Part shown: positions 1 through 8,904 of the stretch, one piece after another
Numbering within the stretch: the stretch's first letter is position 1
Layout of the letters: each line of letters opens with the position of its first letter
DNA from: a virus
Lineage: Duplodnaviria > Caudoviricetes
Length of the DNA stretch: 44,448 bases
Strand: one strand, 5' to 3'
Virus record (IMG/VR): IMGVR_UViG_3300038673_000329
Location: 1-44,448 of that record
Translations under genes and position numbers: made by a program
Notes under the pieces: generated by a model
What the model was told of the DNA's origin: nothing
Database searches by the model: none
What the model saw: the letters and a program-made list of their open reading frames with translations, nothing else

Positions 1-957
1 TCGCAAACTCCTAACCTTGGCCTTAAGAAACCAGCCGGCACGGATTACGTACTGGTGTCCGACTTCAATGATAATGCCGATGTACTCGATCAGAAAGTCG
101 GCAATCCGGCGCAACTTGAAACAGATAATAAAACCAGTCTGGTAGCGGCTATTAACGAAGCACGTCTTACTGGCGGGTCCAATCAACCATATATTGGCGA
201 AAACGGTCATTGGTACGTATGGGACGGAACCACCTCGCAGTACGTAGATACTGACATCGTAGCTAGCCCCACAGGACCTACAGGTCCGATGGGACCAACA
301 GGGCCTACAGGCCCGATTGGTGCTACAGGACCCACTGGCGTACAAGGTCCCACTGGCCCGACGGGCTCAATTGGTCCCACCGGACCTACCGGACCACAGG
401 GTGACCCCGGATTCATCGGGCCCACAGGGCCTACAGGATCACTCGGCCCTACAGGTCCCACTGGTGCTACGGGCCCGCAGGGCATACAGGGCGTTACAGG
501 ACCGACAGGTAGTCAAGGTAATCTTGGCCCCACAGGGCCTACAGGACCAGCCGGCCTTGACGGAACGAGCTTTACCGTCCGCGGCATGTATGATACATAT
601 GAACTATTCATCGCGGCACATCCTACAGGCGTAGAAGGTGAAGCATATGCAATCGGCGATGAAACTTATAACGTCATATATACCTGGGACACGATTCAAT
701 TAACTTGGGTGAATCTCGGATCACTGCAGGGTCCTATCGGTCCTACTGGTCCAACAGGTGCTCAGGGTGCAACAGGTCCGACAGGTTTGCAGGGTTTGAC
801 TGGCCCAACGGGATCAACGGGACCTACGGGGCCCCAGGGTATCCAGGGAGTTGTTGGTCCTACAGGCCCTACTGGATCCGTAGGTGCAACCGGTCCTACA
901 GGTGCTACACCCACAGTAACCTTTTCAATCGTAAACGGGCATCTTATGCTTAACTAG
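1..957 (+). CDS. Collagen-like (GPT-repeat) tail fibre protein, 5' end outside window
   Basis: Frame is open from base 1 ([16 protein letters not shown]...[10 protein letters not shown], a typical fibre N-terminus); two long G-P-T triplet blocks; [11 protein letters not shown] motif. Confidence 0.85.
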   Translation, partial: SQTPNLGLKKPAGTDYVLVSDFNDNADVLDQKVGNPAQLETDNKTSLVAAINEARLTGGSNQPYIGENGHWYVWDGTTSQYVDTDIVASPTGPTGPMGPTGPTGPIGATGPTGVQGPTGPTGSIGPTGPTGPQGDPGFIGPTGPTGSLGPTGPTGATGPQGIQGVTGPTGSQGNLGPTGPTGPAGLDGTSFTVRGMYDTYELFIAAHPTGVEGEAYAIGDETYNVIYTWDTIQLTWVNLGSLQGPIGPTGPTGAQGATGPTGLQGLTGPTGSTGPTGPQGIQGVVGPTGPTGSVGATGPTGATPTVTFSIVNGHLMLN

Positions 958-965
958 GAGGACAT

Positions 966-2036
966 ATGAAGATCGGTGTATACGCCATCTCTAAGAACGA
1001 AAGTCAGTTCGCGGAACGATGGTACAATTCTATGCGCGAAGCAGACGAAATAGTAGTGCTTGATACAGGCTCAACTGACTCGACAGTCGAGATACTACGT
1101 TCATGCGGCGCCGTGGTGCATGAAAAAGTTATTAGCCCCTGGCGCTTTGACGTCGCGCGGAATGCAAGTCTCGATCTTGTCAGTGATGATGTCGACATTT
1201 GCGTATGCACCGATCTTGATGAATACTTTGAGCCGGGCTGGAGAGCCCGACTTGAACGGGCTTGGAGTTCCACGACCACGCGCGCGCGCTATCGTTACAC
1301 GTGGAATTTTAATTTAGATGGCTCTGAAGGCGTTGTGTATTTGATGGACAAGGCGCATGCTCGAAGGGGTTATAAATGGATTCATCCCGTCCATGAAGTC
1401 CTGCAGTGCTCTTCGGAGGAGCACACCGTAACAGTGCCCGGGATACAATTGAATCACACAGCGGTTCCTAAAAATTCGCGCGTCGGCTATCTACCACTTC
1501 TTATCCAAGCTGTTCAAGAAGCGCCCGACAACGACCGCAATACACATTATCTAGGACGGGAATACATGTTCCAAGGCCAATATGAAGATGCTATTATCAC
1601 ACTCAAGAAACATCTATCACTTAAGGCGGCAACGTGGGATGCTGAGCGTGCAGCATCGATGCGGTTTATAGCACGATGTTACAAAGCGTTGAGTGAATAT
1701 GATCAGTGCGAGTTGTGGTATAATCGTGCCATTGCCGAAGCTCCACAATATCGCGAAGCATGGGTTGAAATGGAACAGTTCATGTATGATCAAAAAAGGT
1801 GGCGCGAATGCATATTTTATGGTCTGCAAGCAATAAACATTAAGAACAGGGAATTATCATATATTACTGAACCCTTTGCATGGGGCGGATTGCCGCATGA
1901 TTTGTTGAGCATCGCGTTATGGCAAATGGGGCGAAGTGCGGAAGCTATATGCGCCGCGCGGGTTGCCTTAACGCACAATCCAGATGATCAACGTATACAA
2001 AGAAATCTTGTACTTATGAAGGGGGATACACAATGA
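966..2036 (+). CDS. Family 2 glycosyltransferase with C-terminal TPR repeats
   Basis: [22 protein letters not shown], DxD (DLDE) and HPVHE GT-A motifs, followed by TPR-like helices; GGAGG RBS. Confidence 0.9.
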   Translation: MKIGVYAISKNESQFAERWYNSMREADEIVVLDTGSTDSTVEILRSCGAVVHEKVISPWRFDVARNASLDLVSDDVDICVCTDLDEYFEPGWRARLERAWSSTTTRARYRYTWNFNLDGSEGVVYLMDKAHARRGYKWIHPVHEVLQCSSEEHTVTVPGIQLNHTAVPKNSRVGYLPLLIQAVQEAPDNDRNTHYLGREYMFQGQYEDAIITLKKHLSLKAATWDAERAASMRFIARCYKALSEYDQCELWYNRAIAEAPQYREAWVEMEQFMYDQKRWRECIFYGLQAINIKNRELSYITEPFAWGGLPHDLLSIALWQMGRSAEAICAARVALTHNPDDQRIQRNLVLMKGDTQ

Positions 2037-2692
2037 GTACTGACCTTGGCAAGATCGTAATGACGCCTAAAGGCGCGTACAATGCATCTACGCAGTATGA
2101 AATATACGATGTCGTAACATATGATGGTGCAAGTTACTGCGCTCTAAAATCCGTAATTGGCGTAACGCCGTCGGATGATGGTATCAACTATAACTTATTA
2201 GCAGACCGCGGCGCTATCGGCCCTACTGGACCTATCGGCAATATTGGAGCAACTGGTCCTATAGGTCCAACTGGCAGCGTGGGACCTACAGGTCCAACCG
2301 GCCCGATAGGAATTACTAAAAGCGCTATCGAGCCAACAGATCCAGCTGTTGAAATATGGATTGATGATGGCGGAGAGGCAGATAACTATGAACTTATGCG
2401 CTTGCTCATAGGCGCGGCAAAGTGGATCGCTTTTCCAACTATATTCGTTCCAGCGAGTGGGTGGTCTGCCTCTGCACCTTTTACGCAGCAAATTTCCGTT
2501 ACAGGTATGTTATCTACTATGGAACCATTTTATGATGTAGTACATTCCGAAACGCCGGCCACCGCTGATGCCGAAGATGCCGCGTACGCACTTATTACCG
2601 ATTTGGATTCCGCTGACGGAAGTGTGACGCTCACTTGCCGTAATACAAAACCTACAACCGATTTAACCATACGCTTGAGGGTGGTGCAATAA
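2033..2692 (+). CDS. Tail fibre protein: CBM5/12-like N-terminus, short collagen segment, fibre C-terminal domain
   Basis: [22 protein letters not shown] module; GPT repeats; C-terminal [15 protein letters not shown]...[10 protein letters not shown] as seen in Firmicutes phage fibres. Confidence 0.75.
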   Translation: MSTDLGKIVMTPKGAYNASTQYEIYDVVTYDGASYCALKSVIGVTPSDDGINYNLLADRGAIGPTGPIGNIGATGPIGPTGSVGPTGPTGPIGITKSAIEPTDPAVEIWIDDGGEADNYELMRLLIGAAKWIAFPTIFVPASGWSASAPFTQQISVTGMLSTMEPFYDVVHSETPATADAEDAAYALITDLDSADGSVTLTCRNTKPTTDLTIRLRVVQ

Positions 2693-2693
2693 T

Positions 2694-2846
2694 ATGGCAT
2701 TAGGTCTCAAATTAGGTAAGAGTGGTGGCGGTGGCGGTGGGAGCCTGAATGATGTAATTGTAACAATAGTGGATTTATCAGTAATCACCGAACTGGTGGT
2801 TCGCTATGGGATTTTGAACGCATACACCAGATCAATCACGGCGTAA
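2694..2846 (+). CDS. Small fibre-associated protein (50 aa, not in ORF track)
   Basis: Hand translation MALGLKLGKSGGGGGGSLNDV...RSITA*; fills the gap between two genes exactly. Confidence 0.7.
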   Translation: MALGLKLGKSGGGGGGSLNDVIVTIVDLSVITELVVRYGILNAYTRSITA

Positions 2847-2857
2847 GGAGGAATAAA

Positions 2858-3745
2858 ATGCAACTCGCAACCAGCTTAGTGGCAGGAGAGCGCATATGGA
2901 TTGAGGAAGAGGGTACGCCGATACAATACGAGATAGGCGGCTTTGATGTGCACGCCTCAAACACAATGACAGTTGTGCGCGTAAATCAACACTCGAACTC
3001 AAGCTTCGGAGCTTCTACCCAGTATAGTGGAAGCACGCTTGACGTTTTAATGCAAGAGTTCGAAGCAAAATATTCCGCCGCACACAGGCGCGTAATGCTC
3101 GAAGTAGATATCATATGCAGAACCGGCACAAGCACAAGCGCGACACTTAGCAGGCGCGTGTTTGCTCCTTCATACACAGAAATGGGATTCGGAAATAACG
3201 GAACTATCGCAGAAAACGCCGCTTTGCCGTGGTACAACTCCAACGCGCGCAGGATCAAGTCTTTAGCGGGAGGCAGCGCGGCCGTCTGGTGGCTGCGTTC
3301 GTGGAATTCTGCCTCGAACGCGTGGCTCGTCAATACGCTTGGCACGGCCAACTACAACGGCCCGTCCAATTCGTACAGCGCCGTCCCCGTTCACGTTCTG
3401 AAATCTGATATCTGGGTATCTGATACAACTGTGGACGGAGCATACACAATACAGTATGGATACGACGAAAAAATAGATTTTGACGCAAAGTTAATCGAAA
3501 TGGACGACAGGCCGGTTGCAGCACGCGCAGAGGTTGACTGTAACGGCATTTTGGCGTTGAAACTTTGCAACAATTACAATGACGCATCACCAACGTGGGA
3601 AACAGCAACAAACGGCCAAGAACACGAATTTTCAAATACTATAAAAACGGCCGAAAAATGGGCGGTAGGGATACGGATAGAAATAAACAGAGAAGCAGAC
3701 GAGGATTTATATTGTTATGAGCCTGTCGTGCTCATACGAAAGTGA
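2858..3745 (+). CDS. DUF6273-like / C-type-lectin-fold putative receptor-binding protein
   Basis: RRVFAPSYTEMG and WWLRS...AWLVNTLG...AVP motifs; AAGGAGG RBS. Confidence 0.7.
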   Translation: MQLATSLVAGERIWIEEEGTPIQYEIGGFDVHASNTMTVVRVNQHSNSSFGASTQYSGSTLDVLMQEFEAKYSAAHRRVMLEVDIICRTGTSTSATLSRRVFAPSYTEMGFGNNGTIAENAALPWYNSNARRIKSLAGGSAAVWWLRSWNSASNAWLVNTLGTANYNGPSNSYSAVPVHVLKSDIWVSDTTVDGAYTIQYGYDEKIDFDAKLIEMDDRPVAARAEVDCNGILALKLCNNYNDASPTWETATNGQEHEFSNTIKTAEKWAVGIRIEINREADEDLYCYEPVVLIRK

Positions 3746-3751
3746 GGAAGT

Positions 3752-3907
3752 ATGCTTTTACTGGATTACTTGCGAAAGGAACGCGATCGTATTACGAAGG
3801 AACTTGCGGCCGGGCAAGAGGCGATAGATGCGCCGCCCGTACAAGACCCGACATATGAGGAATTGCTCGAGGCCTATAATACCGCGACTGGGGGTGTGCC
3901 TGAATGA
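3752..3907 (+). CDS. Small hypothetical protein (51 aa)
   Basis: Hand translation MLLLDYLRKERDRITKEL...GGVPE*; GAGG RBS; ATGA overlap with next gene. Confidence 0.65.
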   Translation: MLLLDYLRKERDRITKELAAGQEAIDAPPVQDPTYEELLEAYNTATGGVPE

Positions 3908-4035
3908 GCAGATACCTTGAACACGCGCAAGCGTTTCGTGCCGAAGTCGAAGCGACCAAGAAGGAGCGGGACGCGCTGAAAGAGGACAACAAAAAGAAGG
4001 ACGAGGAAATCAAGAAACTAAAGAAGGAAAAATAA
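3904..4035 (+). CDS. Small coiled-coil protein (43 aa)
   Basis: Hand translation MSRYLEHAQAFRAEVEATKKERDALKEDNKKKDEEIKKLKKEK*; GGGGG RBS. Confidence 0.65.
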   Translation: MSRYLEHAQAFRAEVEATKKERDALKEDNKKKDEEIKKLKKEK

Positions 4036-4121
4036 TAATGCATAAAACTGTGTTTAGAGGATAGGAACGCTATACGCTCCCCTCCTCTATAAAATAAAAA
4101 ACATTCGGAGGGGAATGTAAG

Positions 4122-4578
4122 ATGGCTAAAGGTATGAAAATGGGAGTATCTACCCGCAGCGGATTGATACTCCCCCGGCGCAATTGTAGCTGGTGATATA
4201 TGCCTGCACACTAAAATTGGGTTGATTGAAAGGGACGGCGACACAGGTTATGTAAATGTAGGTACGGGTTATGCATTTACAGCGTTAAAAGCGGGCGTAT
4301 ACAGAATCTGTTATGATTGTAGAGTAGATAATGTCGGTACAGCATACGTACGCGCAACGAAAAACGGTTCGATGATTAGCGGTAGTGAAATCACTTCGAC
4401 TGATTACTGGTATCCAATCGTAAAGACATTAAACGTAACTTTGAACGCCAATGATGTAGTAAGGTTACAGTGGCGGGTATCTTATTCCGATGCGTGGGTT
4501 TGCATAGATTGGTTTGTTGTTTCCATACAATTCGATGATTTGCAAACAGCATTTGATACATTGATTGCCGTTTTGTAA
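4122..4578 (+). pseudogene. Beta-sandwich (C1q/BclA-CTD-like) fibre-tip gene interrupted by a +1 frameshift at a C5 run
   Basis: GGAGGGG RBS and ATG at 4122 (MAKGMKMGVSTRSGLILP) run to TGA at 4194; removing one C from 4172-4176 joins this to the 4222..4578 frame (FTALKAGVYRI...VTLNANDVVRL). Confidence 0.6.
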
Positions 4579-4589
4579 AGGAGATTTCT

Positions 4590-4781
4590 ATGAGTGTTTT
4601 GTACATCAAAAATGCATTAGGCGAATTCGAACCTGTACCGGCTTTAATGGGGCCGACTGGGCCGGAAGGGAGCATAGGGCCAACAGGTCCGACAGGACCC
4701 GTCGGTATTAGCTTTACTTATGGTACAGAGGAGCCTTCGGGCGGTTCCGATGGCGATTTATATTTTAAATATGAGGAGTAA
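4590..4781 (+). CDS. Short collagen-like fibre protein
   Basis: GPT repeats and C-terminal YGTEEPSGGSDGDLYFKY motif; AAGGAG RBS. Confidence 0.75.
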   Translation: MSVLYIKNALGEFEPVPALMGPTGPEGSIGPTGPTGPVGISFTYGTEEPSGGSDGDLYFKYEE

Positions 4782-4789
4782 ACGGCGAT

Positions 4790-5014
4790 ATGGCAACGTT
4801 ATCGCAGCAATGCGTAAAGACTATTGAGCTTAATGAGGCCGGATTCAATAGTTATTCCCAAAGTGATGTCGACACTGCACCTGCTGTCGCTAACGCGCGC
4901 ATTAAGATTAGCGGCATATGGAAAAATGCTAACGCACGTATTAAGATTGCGGGGGTGTGGAAATCCGCACGACCGTACGTAAAAATATTAGGTACATGGA
5001 AGCCAATGGTCTAA
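4790..5014 (+). CDS. Small fibre-associated protein with three KIxGxWK repeats
   Basis: ARIKISGIWK / ARIKIAGVWK / PYVKILGTWK. Confidence 0.7.
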   Translation: MATLSQQCVKTIELNEAGFNSYSQSDVDTAPAVANARIKISGIWKNANARIKIAGVWKSARPYVKILGTWKPMV

Positions 5015-5042
5015 ATAAAATTAAGAGGAGGATTGAATTTAA

Positions 5043-5966
5043 ATGAAACATATGGGCGCACTAATTAGTCCGGTTGATGATCGCGACTATTCGGTCAGAG
5101 TCCAACCGGATATGGCTGCACCGTCCACGTGGGTGTCGCCGCGTATACCCAATATAGGCGATCAAAAAGTAAATAACTGTGTAAATTGGGCATTGTCATA
5201 TGCCCAAGAAATTGTAACTGGACGGGTGTTCTCCAAAGGCTATATTTATGGCGAGCGCCTTGAAACCGATTATCAGGGTGAGGGTATGTATCCGCATCAA
5301 GCGGCGGCTGCTGTTGTCCGGTGTGGTAATGTATTGTTGCCGGATTGGAATTATGAGCATGAAGTGAAATCGGCTCAGCGTAAAGTATGGGACAAAGCTG
5401 ATGTACTTCGTCCTAAAGCCGGCAAGAACAAAGCCGTGCAGTACGCGCGCTTGCATAACATGCAAGAAGTTATGGCCGCGCGCATGGCCGGTTTGGGTGT
5501 CACGATTAGCGTGCGCGTCGAAAGCTATAAGACCAATGCACGCGGCGTATTTAAGTGCACATCAGCCTCTAAAGGCAATCACGCTATGTGTATCTTGGAT
5601 TGGTCTGATAAGTTCCCAGAACCATGGAGAGTGCTTAATTCCTGGGGCACTAAGTGGGGTCTCAAGGGATTGTGTTATATCAGTGATGAGGATATATGGC
5701 GCAACAATAACGTATATGCCTATGAATTTATCGAGAATAAGGAATCGCCCGTACGTCGCACACTCAGGAGCGGTATGAAGGGTGACGACGTTAAGCTTCT
5801 TCAGACCAAGTTAATTGCACTTGGAATCGACCTCGGTCCGTGGGGCGCTGACGGTTCCTTTGGTAATGCGACCAAGACCGCCGTAAAGCTCTTTCAGGTA
5901 CGTAACGGTCTCAAGATGGACGGCATTGTCGGACCGGCTACATGGAGGGTGTTAGACAATGTTTGA
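5043..5966 (+). CDS. Papain-like (C1) cysteine peptidase with C-terminal peptidoglycan-binding domain; putative endolysin
   Basis: GDQxxxxC, NHAM and LNSWGTKWGxxG catalytic motifs; LRSGMKGDDVKLLQ...DGIVGPATW PG_binding_1-type repeat. Confidence 0.85.
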   Translation: MKHMGALISPVDDRDYSVRVQPDMAAPSTWVSPRIPNIGDQKVNNCVNWALSYAQEIVTGRVFSKGYIYGERLETDYQGEGMYPHQAAAAVVRCGNVLLPDWNYEHEVKSAQRKVWDKADVLRPKAGKNKAVQYARLHNMQEVMAARMAGLGVTISVRVESYKTNARGVFKCTSASKGNHAMCILDWSDKFPEPWRVLNSWGTKWGLKGLCYISDEDIWRNNNVYAYEFIENKESPVRRTLRSGMKGDDVKLLQTKLIALGIDLGPWGADGSFGNATKTAVKLFQVRNGLKMDGIVGPATWRVLDNV

Positions 5967-6675
5967 GTATGTTGAAAATTTAAACCTCGATTGGCATGAG
6001 GGCAGAGTAAAACGTACCGTAACCGACCACATACAAATACATCACACTGTGGGCGATTACGATACGCCGGAAAGATGGACTGCGCTTCACAACAAGCGCG
6101 TCGCATCATCTGACTATCGTGGCATTGAATATTCGTTCGGCATTAACAGCGAAGGTCGTGTATTCGAGGGACGCGGGCTTGAATATAAGCATGGCGGTGT
6201 AATGAACAGCTTGACCAACAATGCCAATGATCGTTCTGTATCTGTTGTATTTATTGGCGACATGCGTAAGCCGGAGCTGCCGTCCGATAAGCAAATGCAG
6301 GCGGGTGTTATACTTGTTCGCGATTTACTTGCGTATTATAAACTGGCTATAACAGATGTGTATGGCCACAATGAGATCAAACCATACCGCCCCGGTGACA
6401 GTCGATACACACTATGCCCTGTAATCGATATGGATGACTTCCGACTACGCCTGGATGCGGGCATTACATTTCCCTCCGGATACTACTATGGGGGTGCGTC
6501 TTATGTAAATCTGCGGACGGCGCCCGATACATTAGGTACCATCATCGGCCGGGTAAATAAAAATGATGACGTCATCGTACTCGATATTGATGGCGGCTGG
6601 GCGGAAGTCATCAAACACAACGACGTACCCATGAAACGCGGTTACTGCATCTCAACATGGTTAAAAAGGCGGTAA
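5959..6675 (+). CDS. N-acetylmuramoyl-L-alanine amidase (Amidase_2) with SH3b domain; endolysin
   Basis: IQIHHT, EGRG, GHNE...CP zinc motifs; VNLRTAP...GWAEV SH3b. Confidence 0.9.
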   Translation: MFEYVENLNLDWHEGRVKRTVTDHIQIHHTVGDYDTPERWTALHNKRVASSDYRGIEYSFGINSEGRVFEGRGLEYKHGGVMNSLTNNANDRSVSVVFIGDMRKPELPSDKQMQAGVILVRDLLAYYKLAITDVYGHNEIKPYRPGDSRYTLCPVIDMDDFRLRLDAGITFPSGYYYGGASYVNLRTAPDTLGTIIGRVNKNDDVIVLDIDGGWAEVIKHNDVPMKRGYCISTWLKRR

Positions 6676-6678
6676 TAT

Positions 6679-6897
6679 ATGGATAGTGCGATAATCGTTG
6701 CGGTATTGGCATTAATCGGTACTTTAAGCGGCTCATGGATGGGTGTAAGACAGTCAAACAAGTTGGTCTGCTACCGTCTTAAAAAGCTAGAGGAAAAAGT
6801 GCAGAAGCACAACAACCTTGTCGAGCGGATGGTAAAGGTTGAAGAGAGTACTAAATCCGCGCACCACAGAATTGACGAATTAAAAGAGGAGGCATAA
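6679..6897 (+). CDS. Holin-like single-TM protein
   Basis: N-terminal hydrophobic helix then YRLKKLEEKVQKHNNLVERM coiled coil; lysis context. Confidence 0.75.
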   Translation: MDSAIIVAVLALIGTLSGSWMGVRQSNKLVCYRLKKLEEKVQKHNNLVERMVKVEESTKSAHHRIDELKEEA

Positions 6898-6899
6898 CA

Positions 6900-7091
6900 A
6901 TGGAACAGAATCGCTGGAAGAGCCCCGTGCTCTGGTCATCTCTCGCTGCTCAGATATTGAGCATACTTCTATTGACCGGTGTCATTGATGCCGGTCTGAG
7001 CGAAACCATCAACAGCATAATTGGTATGGTGCTGCAAATTGGCGTAGCAATCGGCGTACTCAACAATCCCACCGACAAAATTAATTGGTAA
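6900..7091 (+). CDS. Holin (two TM helices)
   Basis: QNRWKSPVLW...GVLNNPT motif typical of Firmicutes phage holins. Confidence 0.85.
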   Translation: MEQNRWKSPVLWSSLAAQILSILLLTGVIDAGLSETINSIIGMVLQIGVAIGVLNNPTDKINW

Positions 7092-7108
7092 CACGCTTCG
7101 GCGCAAAG

Positions 7109-7141
7109 AAAAACCCCGTCATTTGGACGGGGTTTTTTTTT
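7109..7141. terminator. Bidirectional intrinsic terminator
   Basis: AAAAA-CCCCGTC-atttg-GACGGGG-T9 between convergent transcription units. Confidence 0.9.
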
Positions 7142-7145
7142 CGCT

Positions 7146-7562
7146 TTATTCTTTACGTTCTTTCCGCTCATAGAATCGCAAGTGTAGATATGCGTCTTTG
7201 GTATGTTCAGTGCACGTACATCTACTCTTCAAGTCCGCCCAACGGGCGTCTAAGCCGCCACTATACTTTTTGTCGCTGGGCGCTTGCTCGATGTATGGTA
7301 TCGATTCTCTCACGCACAAGTAACGTATTACACCTATTACTTCACACGGATAGAACGTATTCCATGACAAGGATTGTGCCATGCCTGGATATAGATTGAA
7401 TCGCTCAAATATAACAAGGTCTGGTGCATATTGAATAAATAGCATCGCGACGTCCAAATGATTACGCACAGCCGTTCCGCCGATTACTTCACCTGTATCA
7501 TTGCGATACACCCATCCCGTATTTTCACCCGGGTCAAATACTAATACACGCTGCATCGTCAT
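7146..7562 (-). CDS. RuvC-like Holliday junction resolvase
   Basis: VLVFDPGENTGW, VIFE and HTKDA RNase-H-fold acidic motifs. Confidence 0.75.
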   Translation of the reverse strand: MTMQRVLVFDPGENTGWVYRNDTGEVIGGTAVRNHLDVAMLFIQYAPDLVIFERFNLYPGMAQSLSWNTFYPCEVIGVIRYLCVRESIPYIEQAPSDKKYSGGLDARWADLKSRCTCTEHTKDAYLHLRFYERKERKE

Positions 7563-8904
7563 CCTCCACTCCTAATACTTTTTTGATGTCTTCTGATTTC
7601 TGTAAGTTAATGTTACCAACGTACTTATCGATGCTGCCAACACATTGCAGAACATATATGTCCACAATATCATTCTGTCCTATGCGATACAGCCTGTCTT
7701 CAGCTTGTTCGTTAAGAGCTGGTGACCAGTCGCGATCTAGAAATACGCCGATATGACACACTGACTGTAATCCGTCTACACCTGTTCCCAACGCTCCTAT
7801 CGTGCCCGCGAGTACTTGAACAGGATTGGAAGTAAACTGGGCCAGCGCAGCCTGGCGACTTGTCATATCCAAATCACCCGTATAAGCTACGCACGATATT
7901 CCTCTCTGGTTCAAGTACTGCTTTAGCAGCTGCACGGCGTTAGCAAATCGGCTAAACACGACCAGCTTAATGTCCGGATTGTCGTCGCACATTTCTGCGA
8001 TCCACGAGAACTTGATGCTCTCTGGACATTCGAAGATCTGTGGCTCGGTGGTGATTTGTTGTAGTCGAATCATCTTGGACATACCATTGAGTATCGTACA
8101 GTTATCGGGCAGTTCGTCAAGCAGTAGCTTCTTGGCGTTATCATACAGCGTTTGCTGTTTGGAGCCCATCTTCAGAGTGACTGCGTTCACGCGCTTGATT
8201 GTTGGCAATCGCAGGTCCGGATTGTTAATGGTGTACGGCGCCAGCAAGTCAACCAGTGCCTTCTGCTTTTCCAGATCGTGCGTCAAGCCTTTCACTGAGC
8301 GGCCAAACGGGCCGAGCTCGGAGTGGCAGTACTCGTTCACGAAGCCCCAGTAGCTATTGCCGGCTTCCTTAACACCCAGCCAATGTAGTATGCTGAACAA
8401 ATCATCTGGCTTGTTCAAGATCGGCGTTCCGGACAAACCAACGCGACGCTTAGCTGGGAGCTTCTCGAAGGCACGTGTCACCTTGGCATCCCGATTCTTT
8501 ATGCGGTGTATCTCGTCACATATGATAACGTCCCACTGAAACTGTAGATACTGCTGAAGTCGCGGACCGGGATGAAAGAACTTATACTTGCCCTTCTTCT
8601 CGAATGTGCCGTTAGCTAGATGCTCATGATTCACAATTACAATCATCTCAGGCGCCCGGGCATCAATTCTCTTAGGCAGGACAATACACTCCCTGCCTAG
8701 CCATTCGCCGATAGCCGCCTGCCACTGGTACATGATCGTTTTGGGACACGATATCAGTACACGCTTGGCCTGCCACATATCAATCATGGCAATGCCCTCT
8801 ACGGTTTTACCGTACCCCATCCGGTTGGCGTTTAGCACACTGCTCAAGTTTCGCGCAAACTCGACGTCGCGCTTTTGATAGTCATACAATTTCCTCTTTA
8901 GCAC
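7534..8904 (-). CDS. SNF2-family helicase
   Basis: YQ motif, MGYGKT, DEIH, SGTP, QAEDRLYRIGQ. Confidence 0.92.
   Translation of the reverse strand: MLKRKLYDYQKRDVEFARNLSSVLNANRMGYGKTVEGIAMIDMWQAKRVLISCPKTIMYQWQAAIGEWLGRECIVLPKRIDARAPEMIVIVNHEHLANGTFEKKGKYKFFHPGPRLQQYLQFQWDVIICDEIHRIKNRDAKVTRAFEKLPAKRRVGLSGTPILNKPDDLFSILHWLGVKEAGNSYWGFVNEYCHSELGPFGRSVKGLTHDLEKQKALVDLLAPYTINNPDLRLPTIKRVNAVTLKMGSKQQTLYDNAKKLLLDELPDNCTILNGMSKMIRLQQITTEPQIFECPESIKFSWIAEMCDDNPDIKLVVFSRFANAVQLLKQYLNQRGISCVAYTGDLDMTSRQAALAQFTSNPVQVLAGTIGALGTGVDGLQSVCHIGVFLDRDWSPALNEQAEDRLYRIGQNDIVDIYVLQCVGSIDKYVGNINLQKSEDIKKVLGVEDDDAACISI

Noticed and set aside
260-910. Dense 9-nt-period repeats resembling an array
   Set aside because: They are codons for G-P-T collagen triplets; there is no constant repeat with unique spacers, so not CRISPR.
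2858-4220. Complete diversity-generating retroelement
   Set aside because: No reverse transcriptase, avd-like gene or template repeat seen; only a target-like gene is supported.
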